Positions 48,612-61,235 of a stretch of DNA of 64,000 bases are shown here, in pieces. The DNA is from Octopus sinensis (lineage: Eukaryota). Numbering within the stretch: the first letter of the stretch is position 1; every line of letters begins with the position of its first letter. Below the pieces are notes generated by a model. The model made no database searches and had not been told where the DNA came from. It saw only the letters and a list, made by a program, of their open reading frames with translations. Location: NCBI RefSeq assembly GCF_006345805.1, contig NC_042997.1:166160001-166224000 (forward strand). Reading direction: 5' to 3'. A program made the translations under genes and the position numbers.

Positions 48612-49012
48612 CTCTTTTACTCTTTTACTTGTCTCAGTCATTTGACTGCGGCCATGCTGGAGCACCGCCTTTAGTCGGGCAAATCGACCCCAGGAGTAAA
48701 CCTAGTACTTATTCTATCGGTCTCTTTTGCCGAACCGCTAAGTTACGGGGACGTAAACACACCAGCATCGGTTGTCAAGCGATGTTGGGGGACAAACACA
48801 GACACACAAATATATATACACATACACACATATACATATATACACATATATACGGCGGGCTTCTTTTAGTTTCCGTCTAACAAATCCACTCACAAGGCTT
48901 TGGTCGGCCCGAGGCTATAGTAGAAGACACTTGCCCAAGGTGCCATGCAGTAGGAATGAACCCGGAACCATGTGGTTGGTAAGCAAGTTACTCACCACAC
49001 AGCCACTCCTGC
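48612..49012 (-). mobile_element. SINE family B, full length
   Basis: Complete reverse complement from head to (AAAAGAGT)-type tail. Confidence 0.9.
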
Positions 49013-49804
49013 ACCTAAATCCAACCCTCAAAACTGCAGACCTTGTACCTAAATAAGAAACAGTTATTGGGAAAATACGGTCAAGAAACATCACATTAAG
49101 AGAACAACTATGGTATACGTCGCTTAGTTTTCCTTCCCTTTTCTCGCATGTTTCTATATCTGACGTGGGCCACTGTGCGCCAGTTCAGGTTAAACGTTAT
49201 TAAGAGGAGTGAGATAGGCTCTGCACAAAGTCACTCCACTTAAACAAATGCAGGTTGTATTCTAACGATACTTCGTTTTATTTACTCGTTTAATTTTTGC
49301 TAAGTCCTGCGGTGATGAAGTCAAAATGGGAAGGACAGGAACAGAGTCTCGTTGGAGTCTTTTCGTCTGGGATTTGCTCACAGGTGATTGGTGGGTGATG
49401 GACGGTTTGTGTTTGTTTTCCGGTGCTCATAAATGGTTCTTGCCGGGTAAGTCCATCATACATACATACATACATACATACATACATACATACATGCATG
49501 CATACATACATACATACATACATACATACATGCATGCATGCATACATACATACATACATACATACATACATACATACATGCATACATACATACACGCATA
49601 CATACACGCATACATACATGCATACATACATGCATGCATACATACATACACGCATACATACATACATGCATGCATACATGCATGCATACATACATGCATA
49701 CATACATGCATACATGCATACATGCATGCATACATGCATCATACATGCATACATACATACATACATACATACATACATACATACATACATACATACATAC
49801 ATTT

Positions 49805-50017
49805 GAGGAGTGCTTAAAAGTGCCTGGTTTTAGTTAAAAGAAAATACAGGGGGATCAGTTAATTATGACTTTATTCAACATATTCTCCTCTCAGATTCAC
49901 ACACTTAATGCAACGGTCCTTCAGATTGTTTAAGCTCTGCAAAATAACTCGGAAGGTTGGGTCTCCAACGAAGCCTATCGCCATACCCTGAAAGCCAGGA
50001 AATTTTCAGCACCCCGT
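49805..50017. mobile_element. Mariner-derived MITE (internal deletion derivative)
   Basis: Imperfect TIRs GAGGAGTGCTTAAAAGTGCCTGG / CCAGGAAATTTTCAGCACCCCGT; the interior carries the mariner 3' end (..KCVNLRGEYVE*) on the minus strand. Confidence 0.7.
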
Positions 50018-50031
50018 CACATATCTATTTG

Positions 50032-50103
<72 letters not shown>

Positions 50104-50171
50104 CTATCTATCTATCTTTATATATACATATATATATATTATTATATATATATATATATATATATTATTAT

Positions 50172-50203
<32 letters not shown>

Positions 50204-50359
50204 TTATTTTATAATATAATGTATGAATGTAATGTGTCTAAAATTGTATATACACACACACATATACATACATACATACATACATACATAACATACATAC
50301 ATACATACATACATTCGTACATACATATGTGTGTGTGTATGTATCTATGTGTGTACGTA

Positions 50360-51190
50360 TGAAGAGGGTGTGGTGGGTAAATCGTCGCAATTATGTATAT
50401 TTTTTATCTTCGCGCATGCGCATCCTTTGTTTTTGATTTTGTCGACTACACAGTATAGGAGAGTCAATTGGGCACAGTATGTGAGAAAAATAACATCATG
50501 ACGCAATCACGCTGCCAGAAATTTGGAAACGACATGCTGTACTGCTTGGCGTTTAACGCTGTAAGTTCCAATACGAACATGTACCGAGAGTGATAAGGAT
50601 AAAACATCCAGTCAACATCATGGTGTTTGGAGTGATCACTAGTGATGGCGACATTACGCCTCCATTCATCTTCCCACAGGGTCTCAGACTCAACACTGAA
50701 GTCTACATCAAGTGCTGCCCTGGATTAAGAGGGTGGCTACTAGAAGACCCTATATCTAGCAACAGGACTCTACACCATGCCACACAAGCAGGAGAACCTA
50801 GTCATGGCTGTCAGACAATTTCTGCGACCACGTCACCCCTAACATCTGGCCACCGAACTCCCCAGACTACAACCCTTTGGTTACTATGTGTGGGGCGCAG
50901 CTGAGCGAGGGACCAACAAAACTCCTTGCAACACCAAAGATGAACTGAAAGAAAGGATTATGACAGCATTCATCAACTTAAACAAGGAGACCGTCCAGAA
51001 GAATTGCAGGAGATTCCGAAGTCGTCTGGAGGTCATGGTCGAAGTCAATGGCAATTTTATTGAATAAATTTGCCCTTTAGTATTTCAAGATATTTTTAAG
51101 TAATTTTGATAAAATATATCTGTTAAAATGAGAAGTCAGTGTTATTTTCATTTTTGCGTAATTTAGACAACAGTTTATTCTTTGCACCCT
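50360..51190 (+). mobile_element. Internally deleted maT/Tc1-group transposon
   Basis: KHPVNIMVFGVITSDG..PFIFPQGLRLNTEVYIKC, WPPNSPDYNP, RFRSRLE.MVEVNGNFIE*; terminal TTTGCACCCTG. Confidence 0.75.
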
Positions 51191-51231
51191 GTGTATATAC
51201 TTTACACACACACATACACACACACACATAT

Positions 51232-51347
51232 ATTTATAGGAAGAATTCACGAAAAAATAAAAGACGAAGACTGGTGGTGTAGACAACAAGCAGATGTATT
51301 AGTTTAACGCTCAGGAAGTGAAAAAGTCTTTAACGTTTCGAGCCTAC
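51232..51347 (-). mobile_element. Truncated type X hammerhead repeat (3' half of ribozyme plus tail)
   Basis: The reverse complement GTAGGCTCGAAACGTTAAAGACTTTTTCACTTCCTGAGCGTTAAACTAATACATC matches 10119-10175. Confidence 0.75.
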
Positions 51348-51384
51348 ATATATATATATATACACATAAATTGAAAAGGAGAGA

Positions 51385-52305
51385 TACTTCACAGGGTGCA
51401 CTGCAAGGTATGACACGTTTCCCAAAGTTTGAAGCCCTATAGACAATTCCACACTGCACTCTTATGAAGCGCGTTGAAAAGATTACCGAATTTTGGACAT
51501 AAAGAAAAATTTTTACATTTCACAAATTTTATTTAATCATTTGCAAAATGCTCCCCTTGGGAGTTCACACACTTCTTCCAGGTGTTCTGCCACTACTGGT
51601 AACACCTCTGGAACGCCTTCTCTGAAATGCTATGGAGCTCCGCCGTAGATTTTCTCATAATTTCCTCTCACGACTCAAATCGCTTCCCTTTTAGCGTGGT
51701 TTTTAGTTTGGGGAATAGATCCAGAAGTCGCACAGTGCCAAGTCGGGAGAGTAGGGAGCCTATCGACAAACGATGGGATGTTCCCGACCTGTGTTGTTCT
51801 GTTCATGTGCTTATTTCCACTTCGTGAGTAGTTTCCTGGATTGTTACACGACAGTCTTCCATGGGTATTCGCCGAATTTTCTCAATCAGCTCCTCGTTTC
51901 AGCTTATGGAGGTCCAGCCTGAGCTGGCCTCGCTCTACACTGACGTCCGGCCGTGTTTGAAGCAGATGCATCTTTCCTTGATCCGAGTTTGCCCATTTTC
52001 ACACATGTGCCGAAAGATTGGTGTCACCTCCTACCCAAAGGATTTTTCTCATATGGCATTAGTTTTTGCGGGAAAATGAAGTCGTACACTTTCTGAACGC
52101 ACTTCGTACATTCGATGTGGTTTGACGAACGATAATCAATAAGTCTATAAGTCTCCAGATAAACTAATGTGCAGAATCCCAGCCGCATTATAATAATAAT
52201 AAATACAGAAAATGTAATTGGTATTTTGGGCTTTATATAATAAATGCGTGTTCCAGTAAGTGTGTTGTCATTATTACTTAATCCGACTGACAATACGATT
52301 CTGTC
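51385..52305 (-). mobile_element. Internally deleted mariner relic
   Basis: Minus translation PDLALCDFWIYSPN/KTTLKGKRFES and N-terminal remnants; catalytic centre missing. Confidence 0.65.
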
Positions 52306-52497
52306 ACATGTCACTATTTACGGTGACACTGCTTTAAAAATGGTATTCTGTGATTTAGCGAGTTCTTATATGGCGAGTCATACATGTTGGATTGAAAAAT
52401 AGGTACTGAAAGGCATTATGATCAGTTAAAATCTTTCAAAGCTGATGCCCCAATATGGTCACTGTCAAATGACTGAAACAATGAATATCGCATTTTG

Positions 52498-52564
<67 letters not shown>

Positions 52565-52949
52565 ACACAAATGAGTACAATTTGGTAACATGTACCAAGC
52601 TTTGTTTTTTTAGGTCTCTGCAATTGAGATTAAATACAGACACCGACTTCGCCCTCGCCATATTGACTCTGCGAAACTTCCTGGATTTGACAACTGGAAG
52701 GGTAGACAGCCGCACCAGCACACGGCTAGTACTGAATGTAACCAAGTAGAATGGAGCGATATGGAATAGAGTATCTTGTTTAAGGACATTACGCGCTGAT
52801 CGGTGCGGGAATTAAATCTACTATTTCACGATTATTAACAGAACCACTAGACCATGCGACATCATATAATTATAAGTCTATGAATCAAGTATGCTTGTAT
52901 GAAATGTGTGAGCGTGTTGACGTGTGTATTGCGTCAACAGGAAATGAGA

Positions 52950-53005
<56 letters not shown>

Positions 53006-53553
53006 TATATATATATAATATATATATATAGGATTTGCATGATTGTGTATAGAGGGATATATATTATTCAAAGAAATTCCAACTATAGTATAAATAATAT
53101 ATAGTATAAATAATATGTACATAGTAAAATGACATGAAGTATTGATTGTCTTATTGAATAGATGAAATATTGAATATAAAATATTAAGGGACTAGTATAC
53201 TTTCTTGCATTAAAGCAGTCTTCAAGGTCCCAGGTTGTGACAGGAGTGTTCCAACTGTATATATAAGTATATATATGTACTTATATAATATGTATTTATA
53301 TATGTATGTATATATGTATGTGTGTGTGTATACGTCCCCTTACATAAATGCTCTTACACAACATTTTTATATAATCCTTTTCCTTATTCACGTGTTGAGT
53401 GTGCTTGTGTGTGTGTGTGGTGTGTGTGTGCACGCGCGCTTGTGCGTATTCTTTTGTGATGGGTGTAGTGATTGCATAATTTTTATTTCCAGTTCTTTTC
53501 TACATTTCTATCTCTTTTTATTTTCTTTTTGTTCCTCATTCTTTCTTTCTCTC

Positions 53554-53587
<34 letters not shown>

Positions 53588-53668
53588 GCTCTCGCTCTCT
53601 CTCTCTCGCTCTCTCTCTTTCCTCTCTTCCTCTCACACACGAATACACACACACACACTCACACACAC

Positions 53669-53707
<39 letters not shown>

Positions 53708-53774
53708 TTGTCCTCTAAATATTCATGTTCCTCTGAACGTCTTTGACAGACCAACAAAATCCTTTTAGAAATAA

Positions 53775-54570
53775 TAATAATGATAATGATTTCAAATTTT
53801 GACACAAGGCCAGCAATTTCGGAGGAGGGACTCAGTTGATGGAGTCGACTCCAGTACTCAACTGGTATTTATTTTAACGAACCCGGAAAGATGTAAAACT
53901 AACTCGATCTCGGCAGAATTAATTTTAGTAATAACTAGCAGAGATACCTGGCGTGCTCGGAATTAAAATGGCATAGTTTTTTATTGTTTTATTGGTTTCG
54001 AACATGTGACTGTTACCATGCTGGAGCACCGCCTTTAGTCAAAGAAATCGACCCCAATATTTATTCTTTGTAAGCCTAGTACTTAGATTTTGGCACAAGG
54101 CAAGTAATTTCAGGATTGGGTTGACGCTAAGTCGATTACATCAACCCCAGGGCTAAACTGGTATTTATTTTATCGACCTTTGCATGGTTTACAATATTGG
54201 TTTCATATTTTGGCACAAAGCCAGTAATTTTTGAGGGGAGGGAAAGTCGATTAAATCGACCCCAATGCTCAACTGATACTTATTATATAGACCCCAAAAA
54301 GATGAAAGGAAAAGTCGATCTCAGCGGAATTTGAACTCAGAACGTAAAGACGGACGAAATACTGCTAAGCATTTCGCCCGGCATGCTAATAATTCTCAAG
54401 GCCTGAAATCACATCGATCCCCAGTACTTGACGTGTACTTAATTTATCGACTCCGAAAGTATGAAAGACAACTTTGACTTCGGCAGGATTTTGAACTCAG
54501 AACGTAAAGACAGGCGACATACCGCTAAGCATTTTTCTCGGCATGCTAACGATTCTGCCAGTTCGCGGCT
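53775..54570. mobile_element. Cluster of SINE A/B fragments and a Helitron 3' end (53935-53970, minus)
   Basis: Repeated AAGTCGATTACATC, GGAATTTGAACTCAGAACG; ACTAGCAGAGATACCTGGCGTGCTCGG. Confidence 0.7.
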
Positions 54571-54634
54571 GATCAAATGGTGTTTAGCTAACGAGAGAAA
54601 GTGAACGACAATATCCCTAAGTCACCTTCCGTTA

Positions 54635-55070
54635 GACCAGTTATTCCCAACCGGGATCCATAGACTCATTGAGGGTCCATATGGCCTTTGGGGGTCCAAA
54701 TGAGATTTTTGCTGTTAAAATTAATCGAGCTGTCTGAATGCTTATCAGCATTTCGTCTATCTTTATGTTCTGATTTCAAATTCCGCCGCGCTCGACTTTG
54801 CTTTCATCCTCTCAGGTTCGATGAAATAAGTATCAGTTCAGCACTTGGGATCGATGTAAATTTATAATCAAAATTTATCTGCAATAAATTGGTTATACTT
54901 CAACGATATACAAAATATTTTAACAATTTTTTTAAATACAATTCCTAAGAATATTTAATCGTAAAAATATATGATAAAATTTTAAACATCCAAATGCTAG
55001 GAGTGGACATCCGAATAAAATAGGAATAAAAGGGCCCATAGGTAAAAAAAAATGGTTGAGAAGCACCGGA
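54635..55070. mobile_element. hAT-type MITE with a SINE A fragment inside (~54735-54860)
   Basis: Termini CAGTTATTCCCAACC / GGTTGAGAAGCACCG with GGGTCC subterminal repeats. Confidence 0.5.
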
Positions 55071-55411
55071 TTAGATTTTTTTCCTTTCTATGGATTAACA
55101 GTTTTTCAAATGGGACGCCTCAGAACATTAGTATACCACAAGACGTAGCTAGGTGTTTCTCGAAAATATTATATTTTGAAACGCGAAAAATACAAACTGA
55201 AACGCTAGATAATTCTTAAGTAATTTATATTCATTAAGAATATGTACATAAATTATATACACAAGTATTTTAATATTTTCTCTAAAGTGCGCCGCGAATT
55301 GAAACAAAATACGTTTAGAAACCATTACTGTTTGTGAGTGAATGTGTGTGCGTATGTGTGTGTATGTGTGCGTGCGTATGTGTGTGTGTGTGTGTGTGTG
55401 TATGTGTGTGT

Positions 55412-55443
<32 letters not shown>

Positions 55444-55682
55444 CTCTTTCTAAGAAAAAGAGGGAGAGGAAGCAGTTGAGGTGAGAAGTGTGAGTGTTTA
55501 TTACATCAAAAAACTTAAGTAAACTGTCACCTTTTTATGTAAAAAACATTTTTCCACTCTGCTCGAAGTGTGGGGTCCCCATATCAGATGTTTTGTAATA
55601 TGATGACATTTACTAGTCTAGATTTCATAAGTCTTACATTGAACCATATAGTTACGTATACACACACACATATACATATACA

Positions 55683-55747
<65 letters not shown>

Positions 55748-56164
55748 TGAGTTGTCTCGCCTGTCTATAACTTTTAGGTGTTTTAACACCCGACGCTTTG
55801 AGAAAATCATCCACACTGCACTAAATCGCAGCTTACCAACGAACAAGCAATGCGTGTACATTGAGTATATGTGATCGATAATGTTTACAACACTGGCGCT
55901 ACTTCTTGTTGATATTTGAATTCATTCTTACGTATGCATCGTTGGGGCATACCAGCAAATGCTTTTTACACTATTTGTATACAGTCATAGACAGGCGATT
56001 TAATTCGCCTCTGATTTGGTTCAGGTACGTGGTGTTGATAAACCACAAAAATTGCAAAATATCGATGTTATTGCTCTTGAATGAAATTTGGGGTGAGTTG
56101 TCTCACCTATCTATGACTTTCAGGTGTAGAAGGCTCCGTGTACTGTCAACATTGTTCTGGTCTT

Positions 56165-56990
56165 GGAATTCATTTTCCTAATTTCTCTCTTTTGCCATTT
56201 TGTAATTCCCGCTCCATTCTATCGCCCACGTATTAACTGCTTTAATTTTATTCCATCCTGTCAATTTTGAGCAAAGCACCAACCTCAGTCTTCGGAAATA
56301 TTCCATCCTCACTTGCTCTTTCATTTCGTTTTCTATTATCTCGTTGCACTCTAGTACACCTAGGTATTTGTATCCTTCCGTTTCAATTTTCTTAATCAAG
56401 TCTCTATTCAGTAATTCTATCCCTGCAGGTGACTGTATATTGCTTCTTTTTAGATGGATTATTTCGCACTTCTTGAGTCCAAATTCCATTCTAATATCAG
56501 TACTAAAATTGTGGACCGTTTTCACCAAGAAACTCACTTGTGTCTCATCTTTGCCATACAGTTTCAAATCATCCATGAAGTGGTTGATTGTTTGGGATTT
56601 TTCCTTTAGTTCGTACCCCAAGTTCATTTTCCTGAGTACCAAGGTTAGGGGTATCATGCAGAGAACGAAAAGCAACGGAGATAGGCTGTCACCCTGGAAA
56701 ATCCCACTTCTGATACCCAGGGTGCCCAAGCTCTTTCCGTAAGATATCTGTTCAATTTTCCATCCTACCATACTTCTCTTCAAAACGTTACATTCCTCGC
56801 AATTCCAAACAGATCTAAGCACTCGATGATCCATATCATAAGCTTTGCGATAGTCAATCCAGGCCATTCCCAGATTTGTTCTCCTTTGTTTATAATCTTG
56901 CATTACCATTTTGTTTAACAATAGTTGATCTTTTGTGCCTCTGCATCTCCTTCTACGGCCTTTTTTGTTTCGGCGGTAATATATCATTCG
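56165..56990 (-). mobile_element. R4/Dong-like (RLE) LINE fragment, RT core
   Basis: GTKDQLLLNK, AWIDYRKAYD, GIFQGDSLSPLLF, FMDDLKLY, YKYLGV. Confidence 0.9.
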
Positions 56991-57029
56991 TTCATTATTG
57001 TTATTATTATTATATTATTATCATTGCCT

Positions 57030-58560
57030 TTGCACAGCTTCTAACACTGGAAATGTACTATGGTGTCAGCTGTTCACTACCAGTGAACTAAGGTAATACC
57101 GCTTAATTTCGACCACCTTCCGGAGTATTCGAGCGGTTCCATGCAGTGCTGTTTTCTGCAAGTGCTGCACCCTTATTGCAGCTCCTATTTGTTCCATGTT
57201 CTTCTCGAGATTTTTACTCACTGTTTCCAGGGCTCCGGCAATTGTTGGTACCACTACCACCTTTTTCATCGGCCACAACTGTTTTACCTCCCAGGCTAAC
57301 CTGTCATACCTATCGACTTTTCTTTCTTCCTTACCGCATACCTTGTTGTCAGCTAGGCATGCTATATCTATGATCCAGCATAGTTTACTTTCTTTCTCAA
57401 TTAAGACTATGTCTGGCTTCCTATTTTCTATCTCAGAAATCCCACAGGATCTTTGCATTACATTTTCGATGATGCCTTCGGGTTTGTGATCGTACCATTT
57501 TTTTTTCTCTTTCAAGACCATACTTGTTGCAAAGCGTCCAATGGACAAGCCTTGCTATATTGTCGTGGCGCCTCTCATATTCTTTCTGGGCTAGTGGCGT
57601 ACATTGGCTGGTAATATGCCATACGGTTTCACCATTTTGTCCACAGATTCTGCACTTATCAATTTCTGGTGTGTTGTCTACTCTGTATTTTATGTAGTTT
57701 GTCCATAGTGCTTGTTCTTGGGCAGCACAGATTAAAACCTCCGTTTCCGGTTTTAAATCACTTTCAGTCATCCAGTCATCTTTTTTCTCTATCTTCAACA
57801 TCCTTATGAATTTTTCCGTGCATTCTTTTCTTTATCCACCTATTTTCAGTTTCATTCGCTTTCAATTGCTTGTACAGTGCTTTATCTTTGCAATCTTTCA
57901 TCCTACACAAGCCTGACCTTCTTAGAATTTTTTACATACCATGCTATGTTGATTTCTTCTCCTCTAATGCTATGTTCGCATCCAATAAGTCCTCTTCCCC
58001 CTCTTTTTCTTGGTACATATAGTCTGTCTGTGTCACTTTTTGGATGGAGTGTGCCATATCTAGTTAGCAGCTTCCTTGTCTTTCTGTCTAAGCTGTTTAT
58101 TTCGTCTACAGTCAATGCGATTACTAATCTATTTCGTCTACAGTCAATGCGATTACTTCAATCTTATTCCGTCCGTTTAATTTCAACTTAAGAATCAGTC
58201 CCAGTCTGCGCAAGTACTCCACCTTAAATTTTTCCGTCATTTCTTTCTCCATCAATTTATCCATTTCCAAAATCCTCAAGTACTTATAGCCCGTCTCTTC
58301 TATCTGCTTCATAACATCCCCCGACGGTATCGATAGCCCGTCGATACATTTGATTTTGCCTCTCTTCAAGGCTAACACACCACACTCTCAGTCCGAACCC
58401 CATTCTGATATCAGCCAGCACTAAAAGTATACACTGTATCAACCAGGGAACTGACTTGGGCTTCACCTTTACCATAAAGTTTGAGGTCATCCATGAATAA
58501 CAAATGGCTGACTTTTTGTTGGCGGCTTCTGGATACATTGACTTTTTCAGCTTCCACCTG
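57030..58560 (-). mobile_element. R4/Dong-like LINE 3' half (RT end, CCHC, PD-(D/E)xK nuclease) with a (TAA)n tail
   Basis: LFMDDLKL, YKYLRILE, CRICGQNGETVWHITSQC, RKPDIVLIEK..IIDIA..KVDRYDRL; tail at 56990-57025; 32-bp tandem duplication at ~58100-58160. Confidence 0.9.
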
Positions 58561-58922
58561 AGATGGTAAGTGAGGCTGGAGAGGGAGCTGCTGTCACCCA
58601 GTAAGTTTGTTGAAAGATGGGTGAATGTGGTAAGAATGGCTCGTGTGAATAGGCCCACTCTAAGTGTGCGCCTGTAGGCCAGATGGAATGAGGAGGAGAG
58701 AGATGCTTATCTGGGGTGCCTTTGGTGTTAGAGGGTCCAAAGTGTGTGAGGTTTCTTTGGTCACCTCTCGGTGGAACTCCCCCCTATTGGGGAAGTATAT
58801 TGTTGTCTTGATCTCTTTGTTAATTTTTTTTTTTTTTTGCTGATTCCACGTTTAATCCTACTGTCCTTCGTCTGTGTATCGTCCTTTATGTTTTGTGTTT
58901 GGCCGTGGTGGCCAGTAAGGAA
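58561..58922 (+). mobile_element. Tx1-like LINE 3' terminal fragment ending in (TTA)n
   Basis: KVRLERELLSPSKFVERWVNVVRMARVNRPTLSVRL* matches the end of ORF2 at 36137 (KVRVERQVLSSECFKKRWVNVARMARMND). Confidence 0.8.
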
Positions 58923-60019
58923 AGTATTATTATTATTATTATCATTATTATTACTACTACTACTACTATTACTACTACTACTACCACCACCACCACCACC
59001 ACCACCACTACTACTACTACTACACTACTACTACTATTATTATTATTATATCAGGCCTTGTGCCTTTCGTAGAAAGGATTATTATTATCATTATCATCAT
59101 CAGCAGCAGCAGCAGCATCATAAACTTCTTTCAATTTTGTTTCCACTTCTTGTCGAGTGTCTTCCTGACACCTAGAGTAGAGAAACTTACTGTATACATT
59201 GTTAGGCCATTAAAATAAAGACACCAGACTGTTCATTTGCAAGTCATGTGATAGAGAAGAAGAGGAAGAAAGACAAAGAAAAAAAGGAAGAAAGATAAAA
59301 GGAAAAACGAAAAAGGGTAAATAAAGACAAAAGAGTGGAAAAAGGGAAAGAAAATAAATTCATAGCACCAATACTCTTCTCAGTACGTGTGACGTACCAG
59401 TTAAGACAATCTTTGCACTTCTTGCATTGATGGTAAACCAGGGATCACCCTCAAATAATTTTCAGTTCCTTTCTTGATCGTTCCTTGCTGTTGATGATAC
59501 AGTTCTTCTTTCTATTGTTTAGCCCCAGGTCATCTCAGATCGAAGAGAGCTCTGATTAAATGTTATACAACCATGACCAGTTTTTTCAGCAATAGCGTAT
59601 ATTGGATTATAAATTATACAGGGTCATTTTGCTTTTAAGACTGTTGGTGTGATTTTAGAGGGATTTAGCTAAACTTCAGAACCCACTGTTTATATCTTTA
59701 TTTTATATCTTGTTTATTTGATTTCGCTCATTTATCCCTTCTGAATTATTATAAAATAAATATCGTTTAAATCCTGTTATTTCATTAAATATATGCAAGA
59801 AAGGCAAAATTACTTATTTCTTGATTGCAATTCAAATTAAAGAGTTGACATCTACAAGCAGAGTTCCATTAAACTAGAATATTCTATTTAACAGAACCTT
59901 TCCCACTCAAATGTTAATTCTATCAGTACTTCTTATCAGCAGTTTATTCAAAGAAATTCTTAAACCGTTATACTTATTCAACTTACTCATCGCTATTTCC
60001 TCATAAATCACGTAACGAG

Positions 60020-60500
60020 ATATAAAATGCCACATAAACAGTGTGTTTTTATAACAACCCTCGTTTGCCACGTGATTAACCTCTATTTCCTACAAATTCC
60101 GTTTGGTAATCTTTTATTTGTCACGAAATCCGTCTCTCACAGAACGTTTTGCGATGAGATTCTTGGCCTCATTCCAAATAAGAAATCTAAGCGGGGGAAG
60201 ACTGGCTCGGCTCAGTATAAGTAAACTCATTCGGTATCTGCACTTAGTCAAGAATTTCAATACCCATGATAATTTTAGAGAGGAAACAGCGCAGATTGTT
60301 AGCTCATGTATTTTGATGTATATTCTTACGTATATTCTCAACGAACCATTGTTGTAAGGTCGGGAATTCAACGCTTCTCGCCTTTTAAGATAATGCAAGA
60401 TAGGATACATTAACCTCAGTTTATATTCTATCAAGAACAGACATCAGCTCAATCTAGTTTAACTTCAGTCGTCTCGGTATAAGCCGCAGTTCTGAATAAG
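60020..60500 (-). mobile_element. Possible pogo/Tc2-like relic
   Basis: TATAAGCCGCA terminal-type motif and weak CENP-B-like remnants (LQQWFVENIR, LSWVLKFL). Confidence 0.25.
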
Positions 60501-60649
60501 AGCTGCATGTGTGATGTCTGTGCAACAGCATACTTCTTATTAAACTCCCCATGCACAAAGCTTCCAGGTGGTTATATTTTGGAACCACATAAAATTGCCA
60601 CAGCGTAGGTTAATATGTTTGTCATATAGTTTAATATATGCTGTACATC

Positions 60650-60682
<33 letters not shown>

Positions 60683-60684
60683 AT

Positions 60685-60729
<45 letters not shown>

Positions 60730-60781
60730 TTTAAAGTAGCTCAGATTCAAATATAATCATACCTTTAACAAGATGCGCACA

Positions 60782-60820
<39 letters not shown>

Positions 60821-61172
60821 ACATATACACACGGACATACACACGGACATGTATATACACACATTATCACTTCTGATCTAAAATTATTCTTGTGCCGAAA
60901 CATCTTTTATTCGCTGATCTTTGAAAAGAGCTGTAGACGGTTTGCATGTCAATCTTCCTTTTAATGCTAAAAGACTTTTAGTAAAAGTTATTCACTTTTA
61001 AGAATAGAAAACATACGTAATGTGTCATGTTTGTTAGGTTTTTTGAGTTTTTCTGTTTTTCCTTTAATAGAAGTGGGTTTGAAAATTTCCAACTTTCTCC
61101 AAATCTGGCAAAGTCACTGGAATGTGCTTAAAATAACAGAGCTAACTTCCGATATGTGAGACGTACGTCAGT

Positions 61173-61235
<63 letters not shown>

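Noticed and set aside
52614-52770. Exon-like segment after TTTTTTTTAG (VSAIEIKYRHRLRPRHIDSAKLPGFDNWK)
   Set aside because: Short, no identifiable family and no strong donor; it could be a transposon remnant. Needs RNA-seq.
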